Notes under the pieces: generated by a model
The model's database searches: none
What the model was told of the DNA's origin: nothing
What the model saw: the letters and a program-made list of their open reading frames with translations, nothing else
Part shown: piece after piece, positions 28,419 to 37,037 of the stretch
Position numbering within the stretch: the first letter of the stretch is position 1
Layout: each line of letters begins with the position of its first letter
Made by a program: the position numbers and the translations under genes
DNA from: Candidatus Woesearchaeota archaeon
Lineage (GTDB): Archaea > Nanobdellota > Nanobdellia > Woesearchaeales > DSVV01
NCBI GenBank assembly: GCA_016214075.1
Contig: JACRPI010000013.1
Coordinates: 5,418 to 69,417, forward strand
DNA length: 64,000 nt
Direction of reading: 5' to 3'

Positions 28419-29351
28419 TCATAATATTATCTTCTCCATCTCCTTCAAGACATCCCCTTTTTCCAGAGCAATCTTTCTTCCAATTAATTTTTCCCCTAAC
28501 GCAACATATTCCTTCGCAGCAGCAAAACGAATCTCGTCTGGCATTGGCGGCGCAGGACCGTTTCCTTCAAAACCAACAGCGTGCATCCAGTCATTAATGA
28601 CTGTTTGCGTAAATTCTTTTTGTGGAGCATTTTCTGCAAATAAACGATCATAGGTGTCAGCGTACCAATACGTTGTTGTTTCTGGAATGTGAAATCCTGT
28701 CAAAAGAACAAGCTGATTCTCCACAATCCCAAATTGATATTTCGCAGACGCAAGAATCAATCCTGATTTCGCGGCATGCGCAGTTCCCTGTGCAAAGAGT
28801 TTCATGCAGATTTCCTCTGCTTCTTCAAAAAGCGCTTCATCAACAAGTCCTTCTGCGAAAATAGTTTCTCTTGTCGTCGCGTTTTTATTGACAATCGGAA
28901 TAATAATTGGCTGTTCCAGTTTCTGGTTTTCTTTCAGTCCCGCGGGAAGAATATTTCCAAAATAATTTTTCACGCCATTTTTGTACTGCTCCCACATGTT
29001 TGGCTTCCTTCTGTTTTCATTGTTTATGTAGCCATGCACGCGAAAGGAAACAGGAAATGCTGCGCTATTTTTTATGTGAAGAACACGGGGATGCGGGTGC
29101 GTGATGAAATCAGTCTGGCAAATGTCCGCAGCACGTTCTGCGAAAAACGCGGTTGCTTCAGCAATAACATATCCTTTGAGAGGAACAGTGCCAATCAAAC
29201 GCGAAAATGCGCTCACGCGATCTGTCGCGATGCAAACAGAAGTACCATTTTTCTTGTAAATATCCCATTGTTCTGTCTGTTCGCGTTGTCCAACAGAGAA
29301 TGCGGTCTTTTCAATAATCTGGCAAGTTTTCAATGTTTTTTCGTCTATCAT
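28419..29351 (-). CDS. purC: SAICAR synthetase (long form)
   Basis: ATDRVSAFSRLIG matches the PurC TDRxSAFD motif. Adjacent to purB. Confidence 0.75.
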   Translation of the reverse strand: MIDEKTLKTCQIIEKTAFSVGQREQTEQWDIYKKNGTSVCIATDRVSAFSRLIGTVPLKGYVIAEATAFFAERAADICQTDFITHPHPRVLHIKNSAAFPVSFRVHGYINNENRRKPNMWEQYKNGVKNYFGNILPAGLKENQKLEQPIIIPIVNKNATTRETIFAEGLVDEALFEEAEEICMKLFAQGTAHAAKSGLILASAKYQFGIVENQLVLLTGFHIPETTTYWYADTYDRLFAENAPQKEFTQTVINDWMHAVGFEGNGPAPPMPDEIRFAAAKEYVALGEKLIGRKIALEKGDVLKEMEKIIL

Positions 29352-29527
29352 TATCTTTTTCCTATGATCTTGTTTGTTATATTTTAAAATCTAGAATCAA
29401 AATCAAGAGTTTTGCGCAAAGAATGGTTTTTGCCTGTTGATTTTCTTTTCAAGAACAACTCTTTAGTATTTGATTGCTAAGAATAAAGAGGATAATGGGC
29501 AGGTTGTTTATATAGTTTGCGAATGAA

Positions 29528-30592
29528 ATGAACGAACTATGTCCTCACCCCTATTTCTGCGAAATATTTAAAAGAATTCGTCGCTTTCTTCCTAAAATGA
29601 CGACACTGGATATGGAAGCGTTGACCGCGTATGTGCAGAACCCAACGCCTTTTGTGGGGCTTCGATTGCTGAAAGTTATTGGTATACACGCGCATTGCGA
29701 GACGCCATCTCCAAACCTTCAGATCACGGCGAATGATAGGAATGTGATTATTCGAACAGGCAAGTATAAGGTGTCTCTTTTTGATAATTTAGGGAATTAT
29801 CAGACATCTGTCAGGCTTCGATCAGATACAGATTTGGAAGGTCTTGCCGCTGACGATTATAGTGTTTTTCTTTATACAGGCAATGAGCTCCACAAATATA
29901 GCATTTTTGATGGCCACAGAACAGACATGATGCGGGTGTATAGCAATCCTATTCGTTTTATAACGCGAACAAAGGATATTGTTCATTGTGTTGTGGAGGA
30001 TTCACAAACTGATATTCTTTGTTCGTATCGCACTAACGACATCTATTTGCATGACTTTCGCACGGTTCGCATTGGAACAACTCCTGATCAAACAGCAATT
30101 TCCATTGGAAGAAACGCGGTATGGTCAGTAAGCGCCGATCAAAAAATGCTTCGAAAACATGCGCACACGAACACAGGCAGCGCGCCTGACGAGACCCTTC
30201 GTGTAAACAATCCAGTAAGTTCGCTGTACGCGTCTGACGATAAACTCTTCTTTCAGTTTGTGGGAGTGAAAAGATCAGGAGAATATCGATTTGTTGACCT
30301 TGCCGCTCCAAATAAAAGATATGCTGTCTCTCTTCCTGAAGCGCCGCTGGCGTGTCTTGATATTGAAGGTTTTATGTATTTTGTTGGCAGCGCGCGGCAT
30401 ATGGCGTTCGCGTATGTTCCTGAAACAGTAAATCCAATGGAGGTCACGCCTGTTGTCACGCAGCGCTTTGGTACAAACACCTATGGAAGAGTTGTCTCTG
30501 CGTTTGACACAGTGTATCGTCTTATTCCGGAAAACCAAACACTTGAGCTGTATGAAATTGTGCGGCATCCACAGCCAAGATTCAAAGAATGA
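29528..30592 (+). CDS. Hypothetical protein
   Basis: 354-aa ORF, no motif. Confidence 0.4.
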   Translation: MNELCPHPYFCEIFKRIRRFLPKMTTLDMEALTAYVQNPTPFVGLRLLKVIGIHAHCETPSPNLQITANDRNVIIRTGKYKVSLFDNLGNYQTSVRLRSDTDLEGLAADDYSVFLYTGNELHKYSIFDGHRTDMMRVYSNPIRFITRTKDIVHCVVEDSQTDILCSYRTNDIYLHDFRTVRIGTTPDQTAISIGRNAVWSVSADQKMLRKHAHTNTGSAPDETLRVNNPVSSLYASDDKLFFQFVGVKRSGEYRFVDLAAPNKRYAVSLPEAPLACLDIEGFMYFVGSARHMAFAYVPETVNPMEVTPVVTQRFGTNTYGRVVSAFDTVYRLIPENQTLELYEIVRHPQPRFKE

Positions 30593-30699
30593 AATGTTTT
30601 CTACAGTTATTAGAACAGAATGTGTTCAGAACAATATCGGATAGCTTAAAATCCAACCTATCCGATACTATTAAATAACACCTCATTCTTATCCAAAGC

Positions 30700-31626
30700 A
30701 TGCTCATCAATGAAGAACTTTACAGGAGAATAAAGCAAAAGAAAAAACAGCTGGACAATCTCCGTCCATTTCCAAAAACAGCGTTAGAACGACTCAAAGA
30801 CCGTTTGCGATTGCTGTTTACGTACAATTCTAATGCAATAGAAGGAAATACACTGACATTAAGCGAAACAAAGCTTGTTGTGCAGGAAGGAATAACTATT
30901 GGTGGAAAATCATTGCGGGAACATAATGAAGCGATCAATCATCAAAAAGCAATTGAGTTTATAGAACAAGCAGTCACTGAAAAAAAACAGATTACAGAAG
31001 AACTTCTTTGTGAACTTCATGGAATCATCCTTGGTAATATCGAGGAAGAAGAAAAAGGAATGTACAGAAAAAGAAAAGTATGGATTGAAGGAGCGTCGTT
31101 TGTTCCCGCAAAGCCAGATCTAGTTCCAAAGCTGATGAAAGACTTTTTTGTCTGGCTCAACACAAATCCTGAAAAGTTAAATGAGATAGAACTGGCAGCT
31201 ATTGCGCATGAAAAGTTTGTATTTATTCATCCTTTTATTGATGGGAATGGAAGGGTTGGACGCTTGCTGACCTCGCTTATGCTTATGCAGAAAGGATTTC
31301 CTCCTTTGATTGTCCTCAAAACAGAACGACAGAAATATATTCGTGTGTTAGAGGCAGCGCACAATGAAAAATACGAATCTCTCGTCAACTTTATGGGAAG
31401 ATGTTTAGAACGGTCTTTGGTTATGTATCTTGAAGCATTAGAAACAAAAATAAAAGAGAATAAGGAGTATATTTCATTGCAAGAAGCGACAAAATATTGC
31501 GATTATAGTCAAGAATATTTGAGTTTATTAGCGAGAAGAGGACTTCTTGAAGCAGTAAAATTTCAACGAGATTGGATGACAACCAGAGAAGCGATTAAAG
31601 AATATAATTCGCGAAACAAGAAATAA
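30700..31626 (+). CDS. Fic/DOC-family protein (AMPylation-type)
   Basis: Canonical Fic motif IHPFIDGNGRVGRLL. Confidence 0.85.
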   Translation: MLINEELYRRIKQKKKQLDNLRPFPKTALERLKDRLRLLFTYNSNAIEGNTLTLSETKLVVQEGITIGGKSLREHNEAINHQKAIEFIEQAVTEKKQITEELLCELHGIILGNIEEEEKGMYRKRKVWIEGASFVPAKPDLVPKLMKDFFVWLNTNPEKLNEIELAAIAHEKFVFIHPFIDGNGRVGRLLTSLMLMQKGFPPLIVLKTERQKYIRVLEAAHNEKYESLVNFMGRCLERSLVMYLEALETKIKENKEYISLQEATKYCDYSQEYLSLLARRGLLEAVKFQRDWMTTREAIKEYNSRNKK

Positions 31627-31650
31627 TAATAATTTCATAAAATCATTAGT

Positions 31651-32898
31651 TCAAAACAATTGATACATTGTCATTCCCACCATTACCATAGTCACAAAAA
31701 TCAACAAGAAAGCGGCGATCCAGCAGATCACGTTATATGCCGGTTTATTGACGTATTCTCCCATGACTCTCTCATTATTAACAAGATGTAAAATAACAAG
31801 GAGTAAGACAGGAAGCAGCACTCCATTAATGACTTGTGACAGCAACATTAATGGAACAAGCGGAATGCTTGGAATAAGAACAACAAGCGCGGAAGGCAAC
31901 ACAAGCAATCCAATGACGGTGTAAAATTCTCGCGCTTCATGAAATTTTTTGTTCACGCCAGATTCCCAGCCAAACGCTTCGCAGACATAATACGCAGTAG
32001 ACAGCGGCAAAATAAACGCGCCAAAAAACGCGGCGGCAAACAAGCCAAGACCGAAAAGAACTTCTGCGAAATGTCCTGCAATAGGTTCAAGCGCGGCAGC
32101 GGCTTCCGCGGCGTTTTCAATCGTGATTCCTTGTGGATATAAAATTGCGGCAGCGGCGAGAAGAATGAAAAACGAAATAGTCGTCGCGAGAATCGCTGCA
32201 ATAATCAATTCCCAACGAGCATACCTGTATTCAGAAAGTTTTAACCCTTTCTCAACAATCGAAGACTGCAGATAAAACTGCATCCATGGTGTAATGGAAG
32301 TACCAAGGAGTCCAACAAGAATCACGAGATATTGGGTGTCGAGAGAAAAGGTAGGAGTGACAAGCGCGTGACCAACCGCGTTCCAGTCAGGATGCGCGAG
32401 AATTCCAGAAATAATGTAGGTCACATAAAACAAACACATAAACAAAAAAACTTTCTCCAGCAGTTTGTAATTCACTCGAATAGTCAAAATCAAAATCAAA
32501 AACCCCGCGAAAATAACAGTGAGATATCTGTTTAGTCCAAATAATTCTGATGCTGCGGCTATTCCCGCGAATTCTGAAATAGTAGTCGCGAAGTTCGCGA
32601 AAAAAAGGCCAACCATAAACACGACAGTCATCTTAAGTCCAAAATTTTCGCGGATCAGATCAGCAAGTCCTTTGCCTGTCACAACACCCATGCGTGCGCA
32701 CATTTCCTGAACAATAATAAGGAGTAAAATAAGTGGAATCATAGTCCAAAAAAGCGTGTAGCCAAACCGTGCGCCAGCGACAGAGAACGTCGTAATTCCT
32801 CCTGCGTCATTGCCCGCGATTGCGCTGATAAGACCAGGACCAATAATAGAAAAAAAGAAGAGCAGATGATGAAACGGAAGATTGAAGAATTTTCGCAT
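31651..32898 (-). CDS. mntH: NRAMP-family divalent metal (Mn2+/Fe2+) transporter
   Basis: GPGLISAIAGNDAGGI matches the Nramp consensus region. About 11 TM helices. Confidence 0.8.
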   Translation of the reverse strand: MRKFFNLPFHHLLFFFSIIGPGLISAIAGNDAGGITTFSVAGARFGYTLFWTMIPLILLLIIVQEMCARMGVVTGKGLADLIRENFGLKMTVVFMVGLFFANFATTISEFAGIAAASELFGLNRYLTVIFAGFLILILTIRVNYKLLEKVFLFMCLFYVTYIISGILAHPDWNAVGHALVTPTFSLDTQYLVILVGLLGTSITPWMQFYLQSSIVEKGLKLSEYRYARWELIIAAILATTISFFILLAAAAILYPQGITIENAAEAAAALEPIAGHFAEVLFGLGLFAAAFFGAFILPLSTAYYVCEAFGWESGVNKKFHEAREFYTVIGLLVLPSALVVLIPSIPLVPLMLLSQVINGVLLPVLLLVILHLVNNERVMGEYVNKPAYNVICWIAAFLLIFVTMVMVGMTMYQLF

Positions 32899-34250
32899 TA
32901 GGATCCCCGAGATTTCTCAGAAGTTGCGTTCCCATTCACAGAATCATTATTATTAGTTGGTTTATGCTTTTTCTTCGCGCGTTTTGCGACGAATTTTCTT
33001 CTGATCCAGGATTGTGGAATAATTTCAGACAGCACTTCGTCCGCGGTGATCATTCCTTTGAGTTTTCCATGTTCATCAACAACAGGAACAACGAAGAAGT
33101 TATATTTCTCAAGAACAGTCGCGATATCTTCTTTGGACGTTTGCAAGTGAACAACAAACGGGCGCTTCTTCATGAAATCTTTAATCTTTTGACGAGCGGA
33201 AGCGTTAAGCAAAGAACGCAGAGAAAGCGTTCCCACAAGCTGGTGTTCTTTGTCAGTCACAAAAAGAATGTGCGTTTTGTCTGCGGATGGCTGTAATTTT
33301 CGAATGGTCGAGAGCGCGGAAGTAGCGGTTTGGTCATCTTGTAAAGTAAAAACGTCCGTGCGCATCAGCGCGCCTGCGGTATTTTCCTGATATTGAAGAA
33401 GCTCGCTGATTTCTTTTGCTTTTTCTGGTTTCATATGCTGTAAAATAAGTTTCACTTTTTCGTCAGACGCAAGAGCAAGTAAATCAGCGGCGCGATACGG
33501 CGCGATGCTTTCAAGGAGTTCCACAATTTTCGGAAGTTTAAGTCCGCGAAAAAAAGATTCCTGCACTTCTGGCTGCGCTTCAACAAGTGTTTTTGCGGCA
33601 GTTTGTCTGTCCAGTTTATTGAAGACCAGCATTTGTTCTTTGGGAGAAAGTTCTTCCATGAGATCCGCGATGTCTCCAGGATGTAGTTCCGCGATTTTAT
33701 TCTTTGATTCCTTCAAAAGAAGATGTTTGCTGGTTTCCAAAGGTTCAACAGATTTCCATGGAATAATTTTTTCCGCGGTAAAGCGATAAACAAGTTTTCC
33801 AATCCCTTGTTGCGTAATGCCAAGACGCCTGAAGAAACTCGTTGTGCCGACGCAAACGCCAGTAATGCAGAGGGTCTCTCCAACTTTATTGAGCAGAATA
33901 TCATTGACGCGAACAACTTTTACACCGCCCACATCAATAATTTGTTTATCGAGAAGCTCACTAGTCAGCAAATCATTTTCGTGAATAAAAGAAGGTTCAA
34001 GCTCTTTGAGAGAAACATTGAGGAGAAGAGAAACTGAAACAGCGTTGCTTTTTTCAGAAGCGCTTTGTTTAATTCCTTCAACATAGGTCCAGGAAAGTCT
34101 GCGTTTGTATTTGTCTTTGCCCAAATAAACAATATGAATAATGGGAGCGGATTCAGCGCCATCTTTGAAAACAAAATCAGTGAGATGGCCTGCGATCTTG
34201 CCTTCTATATCAATAACAGGTTTGCCTAAAAGCTCTGTGTAAAAGACCAT
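32898..34250 (-). CDS. Soluble MgtE-N-domain/CBS-pair protein with an N-terminal PRC-barrel-like region and no transmembrane domain
   Basis: Domain order resembles the MgtE cytosolic part (MgtE_N-like helices plus two CBS-like segments). The C-terminus is a basic tail rather than TM helices. The stop overlaps the Nramp start. Confidence 0.5.
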   Translation of the reverse strand: MVFYTELLGKPVIDIEGKIAGHLTDFVFKDGAESAPIIHIVYLGKDKYKRRLSWTYVEGIKQSASEKSNAVSVSLLLNVSLKELEPSFIHENDLLTSELLDKQIIDVGGVKVVRVNDILLNKVGETLCITGVCVGTTSFFRRLGITQQGIGKLVYRFTAEKIIPWKSVEPLETSKHLLLKESKNKIAELHPGDIADLMEELSPKEQMLVFNKLDRQTAAKTLVEAQPEVQESFFRGLKLPKIVELLESIAPYRAADLLALASDEKVKLILQHMKPEKAKEISELLQYQENTAGALMRTDVFTLQDDQTATSALSTIRKLQPSADKTHILFVTDKEHQLVGTLSLRSLLNASARQKIKDFMKKRPFVVHLQTSKEDIATVLEKYNFFVVPVVDEHGKLKGMITADEVLSEIIPQSWIRRKFVAKRAKKKHKPTNNNDSVNGNATSEKSRGS

Positions 34251-34441
34251 GGAACACCCCTATACCAAAAAAAATGCTCTCATTCATGATGAGAAGCATA
34301 TAAAAAGCTTGTCAAACGTAATCCTTTAAGAATTTTGCTACTGACAAAGTATAACTCTGTAAACGTACTCCCCTCGGATTTTCAATAGATTTATATATCT
34401 CTTTTTGATAAAAGAGGAGTAACGAAAGAACTCCGTGTTCT

Positions 34442-35125
34442 TTGAGGTGGATCCTAATGGCAAAAAAAGCACAGGCAAAAGCAGTGAAAAAGCCAGTCAA
34501 GAAAGCAGCTGTAAAAGTTGCGAAGACAAAACCTGCTGTTGAAGAAATGAATAGTGCGTCTAATGTCCCTGTACAAAATGTGCAGGCGGAATCAGTTGCT
34601 GTAACTGCTCCAAGCAGTGCAGAAGTTCAGGCAGAGCCTGTACAGGAAGTCAGCGTCAAAGCTGAGGAAAAGAAGGAGGAGAGTAAAATGGCAGATAGTG
34701 ATAAGGGAATAGGTAAAGCCTATAATCCAGCGGAATTTTCACAACCAGCAGCAGAATCAGCGAGCGGAGGAAGTTCAAAAATATTCCTTTACGCGGGCAT
34801 TGGTGTTGGAGTATTGGCAGTTATTGTCGTAGGATTATTTTTCCTTGGCGGCTTTGGAAGCACAGGAGAAAACAACGCGACAGGAGCGACAGTGATTACA
34901 GCGCGTTGCAGTGATACAGATGGTGGCTATAATCGCTTTACAAAAGGAGTTGCGGAAGGAACGTATTATCTTGACTACAGCGAAGGCACCTATATGGATG
35001 AATGTTCATCTAGTGAAGAGAATAAGTTAACAGAATACTATTGTAAAGGAGATCTTGTGGTGTATGCGACAGAACCATGCGCAGAAGGAATGGCCTGTCA
35101 GGATGGCGTGTGTGTGACGCAATAA
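34442..35125 (+). CDS. Membrane-anchored protein with a Lys-rich N-terminus and a C-terminal Cys-rich extracellular domain
   Basis: TM segment IFLYAGIGVGVLAVIVVGLFFLGG. The C-terminal 90 aa contain 8 Cys. Confidence 0.45.
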   Translation: MRWILMAKKAQAKAVKKPVKKAAVKVAKTKPAVEEMNSASNVPVQNVQAESVAVTAPSSAEVQAEPVQEVSVKAEEKKEESKMADSDKGIGKAYNPAEFSQPAAESASGGSSKIFLYAGIGVGVLAVIVVGLFFLGGFGSTGENNATGATVITARCSDTDGGYNRFTKGVAEGTYYLDYSEGTYMDECSSSEENKLTEYYCKGDLVVYATEPCAEGMACQDGVCVTQ

Positions 35126-35195
35126 GGTAATTTTCTTTATTTTTTTTCTTTTTCTCGTGACGTTCTATATAATCTCTATAAACAGGATTATATAA

Positions 35196-35615
35196 ATGTG
35201 CTATATTTCTCTTTCAATGAATGAACTCAGCGAAAAGAAGAGAGTATTGATCGTTGATGATGATGTGGCGATTGTTTCTTTGATAAAAGACACGCTGGCG
35301 AATAGTTTGTATGAGCTTGTGGGCGCGCATTCAGGATTTGAAGCGTTGCAAACATTACATACGCAGCGAGTGGATATGGTTATCGCGGACATTATGTTGA
35401 CAGAGCACATGAATGGCTATGAATTGTGCAAACAGATTAAGGGGAAGAAAGAAACAGCGCATATCCCTGTGTTGATGCTTTCTGCGAAGAAAGAGATGGA
35501 TGATAAATTGCATGCGGTTTATGCAGGCGCGGATGATTACATGAGCAAGCCATTTTCTACAGAAGAACTCGCGAAAAGAGTGCGGTTGAATTTACATTTA
35601 GTGAAGACAGAGTAA
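35196..35615 (+). CDS. Stand-alone response regulator receiver (CheY-like) domain protein
   Basis: VLIVDDDVAIV carries the phosphoacceptor Asp. ...MVIADIMLT and PVLMLSAK follow. No cognate histidine kinase gene is adjacent. Confidence 0.75.
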   Translation: MCYISLSMNELSEKKRVLIVDDDVAIVSLIKDTLANSLYELVGAHSGFEALQTLHTQRVDMVIADIMLTEHMNGYELCKQIKGKKETAHIPVLMLSAKKEMDDKLHAVYAGADDYMSKPFSTEELAKRVRLNLHLVKTE

Positions 35616-35652
35616 GGGTTCTTTCTTAATCACAGTAAATACTTTATAAGAA

Positions 35653-35736
35653 ACACGCACCAATTTCTCGTCTATTCGCTCAGCACCCCAAAATGTCAGG
35701 GGGACCCATTGCCGCAGCAATGGGGTTATTGTGAGT
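35653..35736 (+). repeat. About 85-bp repeated element (copy 2) with the AACACGCACC box and palindrome CCCATTGCCGCAGCAATGGG
   Basis: See copy 1. Located between the response-regulator gene and the 3' end of parA. Confidence 0.6.
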
Positions 35737-35786
35737 TAATTAAAAAAAATAGAACTAAACTAAAGACAAGAAAATAAAAAAGTAAC

Positions 35787-36539
35787 TCAAGCGTATTCTT
35801 CCGCTTCCATGACCAATTGCGCGAGTTTCTTGTAATCCATTGCGCCAGGAGATCGTTTTGCGTATTCGAAGATATCCTTCCCCTGACTTGGCGCTTCGCG
35901 AAGTTTGGAGTTCATTCTGATTGGATTTGCGACAAGTTCTTCATATCCGCGTTTAATCTCTTTGAGCGTTGAAACGCATGCTTTGCTTCGTCGGTCATAT
36001 AACGTTGGAATAACGAGCGTAATTTTGATGTCGTGATCAAAAAGTTCATTGATCTCAGAGACCGTTTGTGACATCTTTTTGAGCGCGTCAAGCGCAAGGA
36101 AGTCTGTGGAAACAGGAACAAACGCTTCGTTTGCGTACAGAAGCGCGTTGACGTTCAATAAACTTAACGATGGCGGACAATCAATAAGAATGTAATCATA
36201 ATTAAAAATTGGTTCCAACTTTCGCGCGAGAATTGTTTCTCTGCTTGTCTGACCACTCATAATAAGTTCCGCTTTCGCGAGCGAACTATCGCTGGTGATA
36301 ATGTCAAGACCAGGAGCAACGTTGACGATGCAATCATAAGGATCTGCGTCATTAATCATAAGATCGTAGGTTGTTTTTTCGTTTTGCACGCAAAGACTTG
36401 TTCCTACATTTCCCTGCGGATCAAGATCAATGACAAGAACTCGTTTTTCGTTTGCCGCGAGCGCGGTCGCGAGATTGATGGTTGTTGTTGTTTTCGCAAC
36501 ACCGCCTTTTTGATTAATAATACAAATTTTCCTCATCAA
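35787..36539 (-). CDS. ParA/MinD-family ATPase
   Basis: Deviant Walker A ICIINQKGGVAKTTTTINLA. Confidence 0.85.
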   Translation of the reverse strand: MMRKICIINQKGGVAKTTTTINLATALAANEKRVLVIDLDPQGNVGTSLCVQNEKTTYDLMINDADPYDCIVNVAPGLDIITSDSSLAKAELIMSGQTSRETILARKLEPIFNYDYILIDCPPSLSLLNVNALLYANEAFVPVSTDFLALDALKKMSQTVSEINELFDHDIKITLVIPTLYDRRSKACVSTLKEIKRGYEELVANPIRMNSKLREAPSQGKDIFEYAKRSPGAMDYKKLAQLVMEAEEYA

Positions 36540-36700
36540 ACATCACCCTCTTTTTGAAATGTTCTATATCCTGTATCACTGTCATCCGTATGGATGTGAG
36601 ATGTATGGAATTTGCAACACGGGCAAAGTATATAAAGTTTTTTGTTTGACGACGGGGAATTTTCTCCAAAAAATTTATATTGTTCAAGAGAATAATAAAC

Positions 36701-36813
36701 GGTGAGGCGGGGACTTGAACCCCGATACGCCCGCTAAGACGAAATGGCTCTCTGAAGCCCATCTTATCGATGGGTTTCATCAGGCCATCGCAATACCTTT
36801 ATGCGACCTCACC
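36701..36813 (-). tRNA. Intron-containing tRNA (about 113 nt), identity uncertain. A canonical bulge-helix-bulge model gives a 28-nt intron (36750-36777) at 37/38 and anticodon GAU (Ile). A long variable region, G73 and G30:C40 would instead fit a class-II (Ser-like) tRNA.
   Basis: Manually folded. Acceptor stem GGUGAGG/CCUCACC, perfect T-arm CGGGG-UUCAAGU-CCCCG, D-arm with GG. The putative BHB has central helix CUGA/UCAG flanked by 3-nt bulges UGA and AGA. 19 nt lie between the anticodon stem and T-stem. Confidence 0.6.
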
Positions 36814-36859
36814 AATATTCTTGACAATTTTTAAGACTGGACTAGTTAAATAATTCTTC

Positions 36860-36966
36860 GTCGAGTTTTCCGAAAATCTTACGGATATTCCGGAGAATTT
36901 TCGGATAAAGCGAATATGTTTCGGCATTTTATTTTTTTCTGCTATTTTTTTCGGATAATCCGAAAG
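36860..36966. promoter_or_regulatory. Cluster of TTTCGGATA / TCCGAAA motifs, including the inverted repeat TTCGGATAATCCGAA, upstream of gltX
   Basis: Motif occurrences at 36865-36876, 36881-36896, 36897-36909 and 36947-36966. Related inverted repeats ATCGGATAG...CTATCCGAT at 30641-30676 and TTTTCGGATAT at 45584-45594. Confidence 0.45.
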
Positions 36967-37037
36967 GATAATATATGATGAAATACTTTTTAAACAACCT
37001 CAATTAACAAAAATAGAGTAAACTAGGTGTAGTATCC

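Noticed and set aside
36514-36780. 88-aa ORF on the minus strand
   Set aside because: It overlaps the intron-containing tRNA gene and the parA 5' end, so it is almost certainly spurious.
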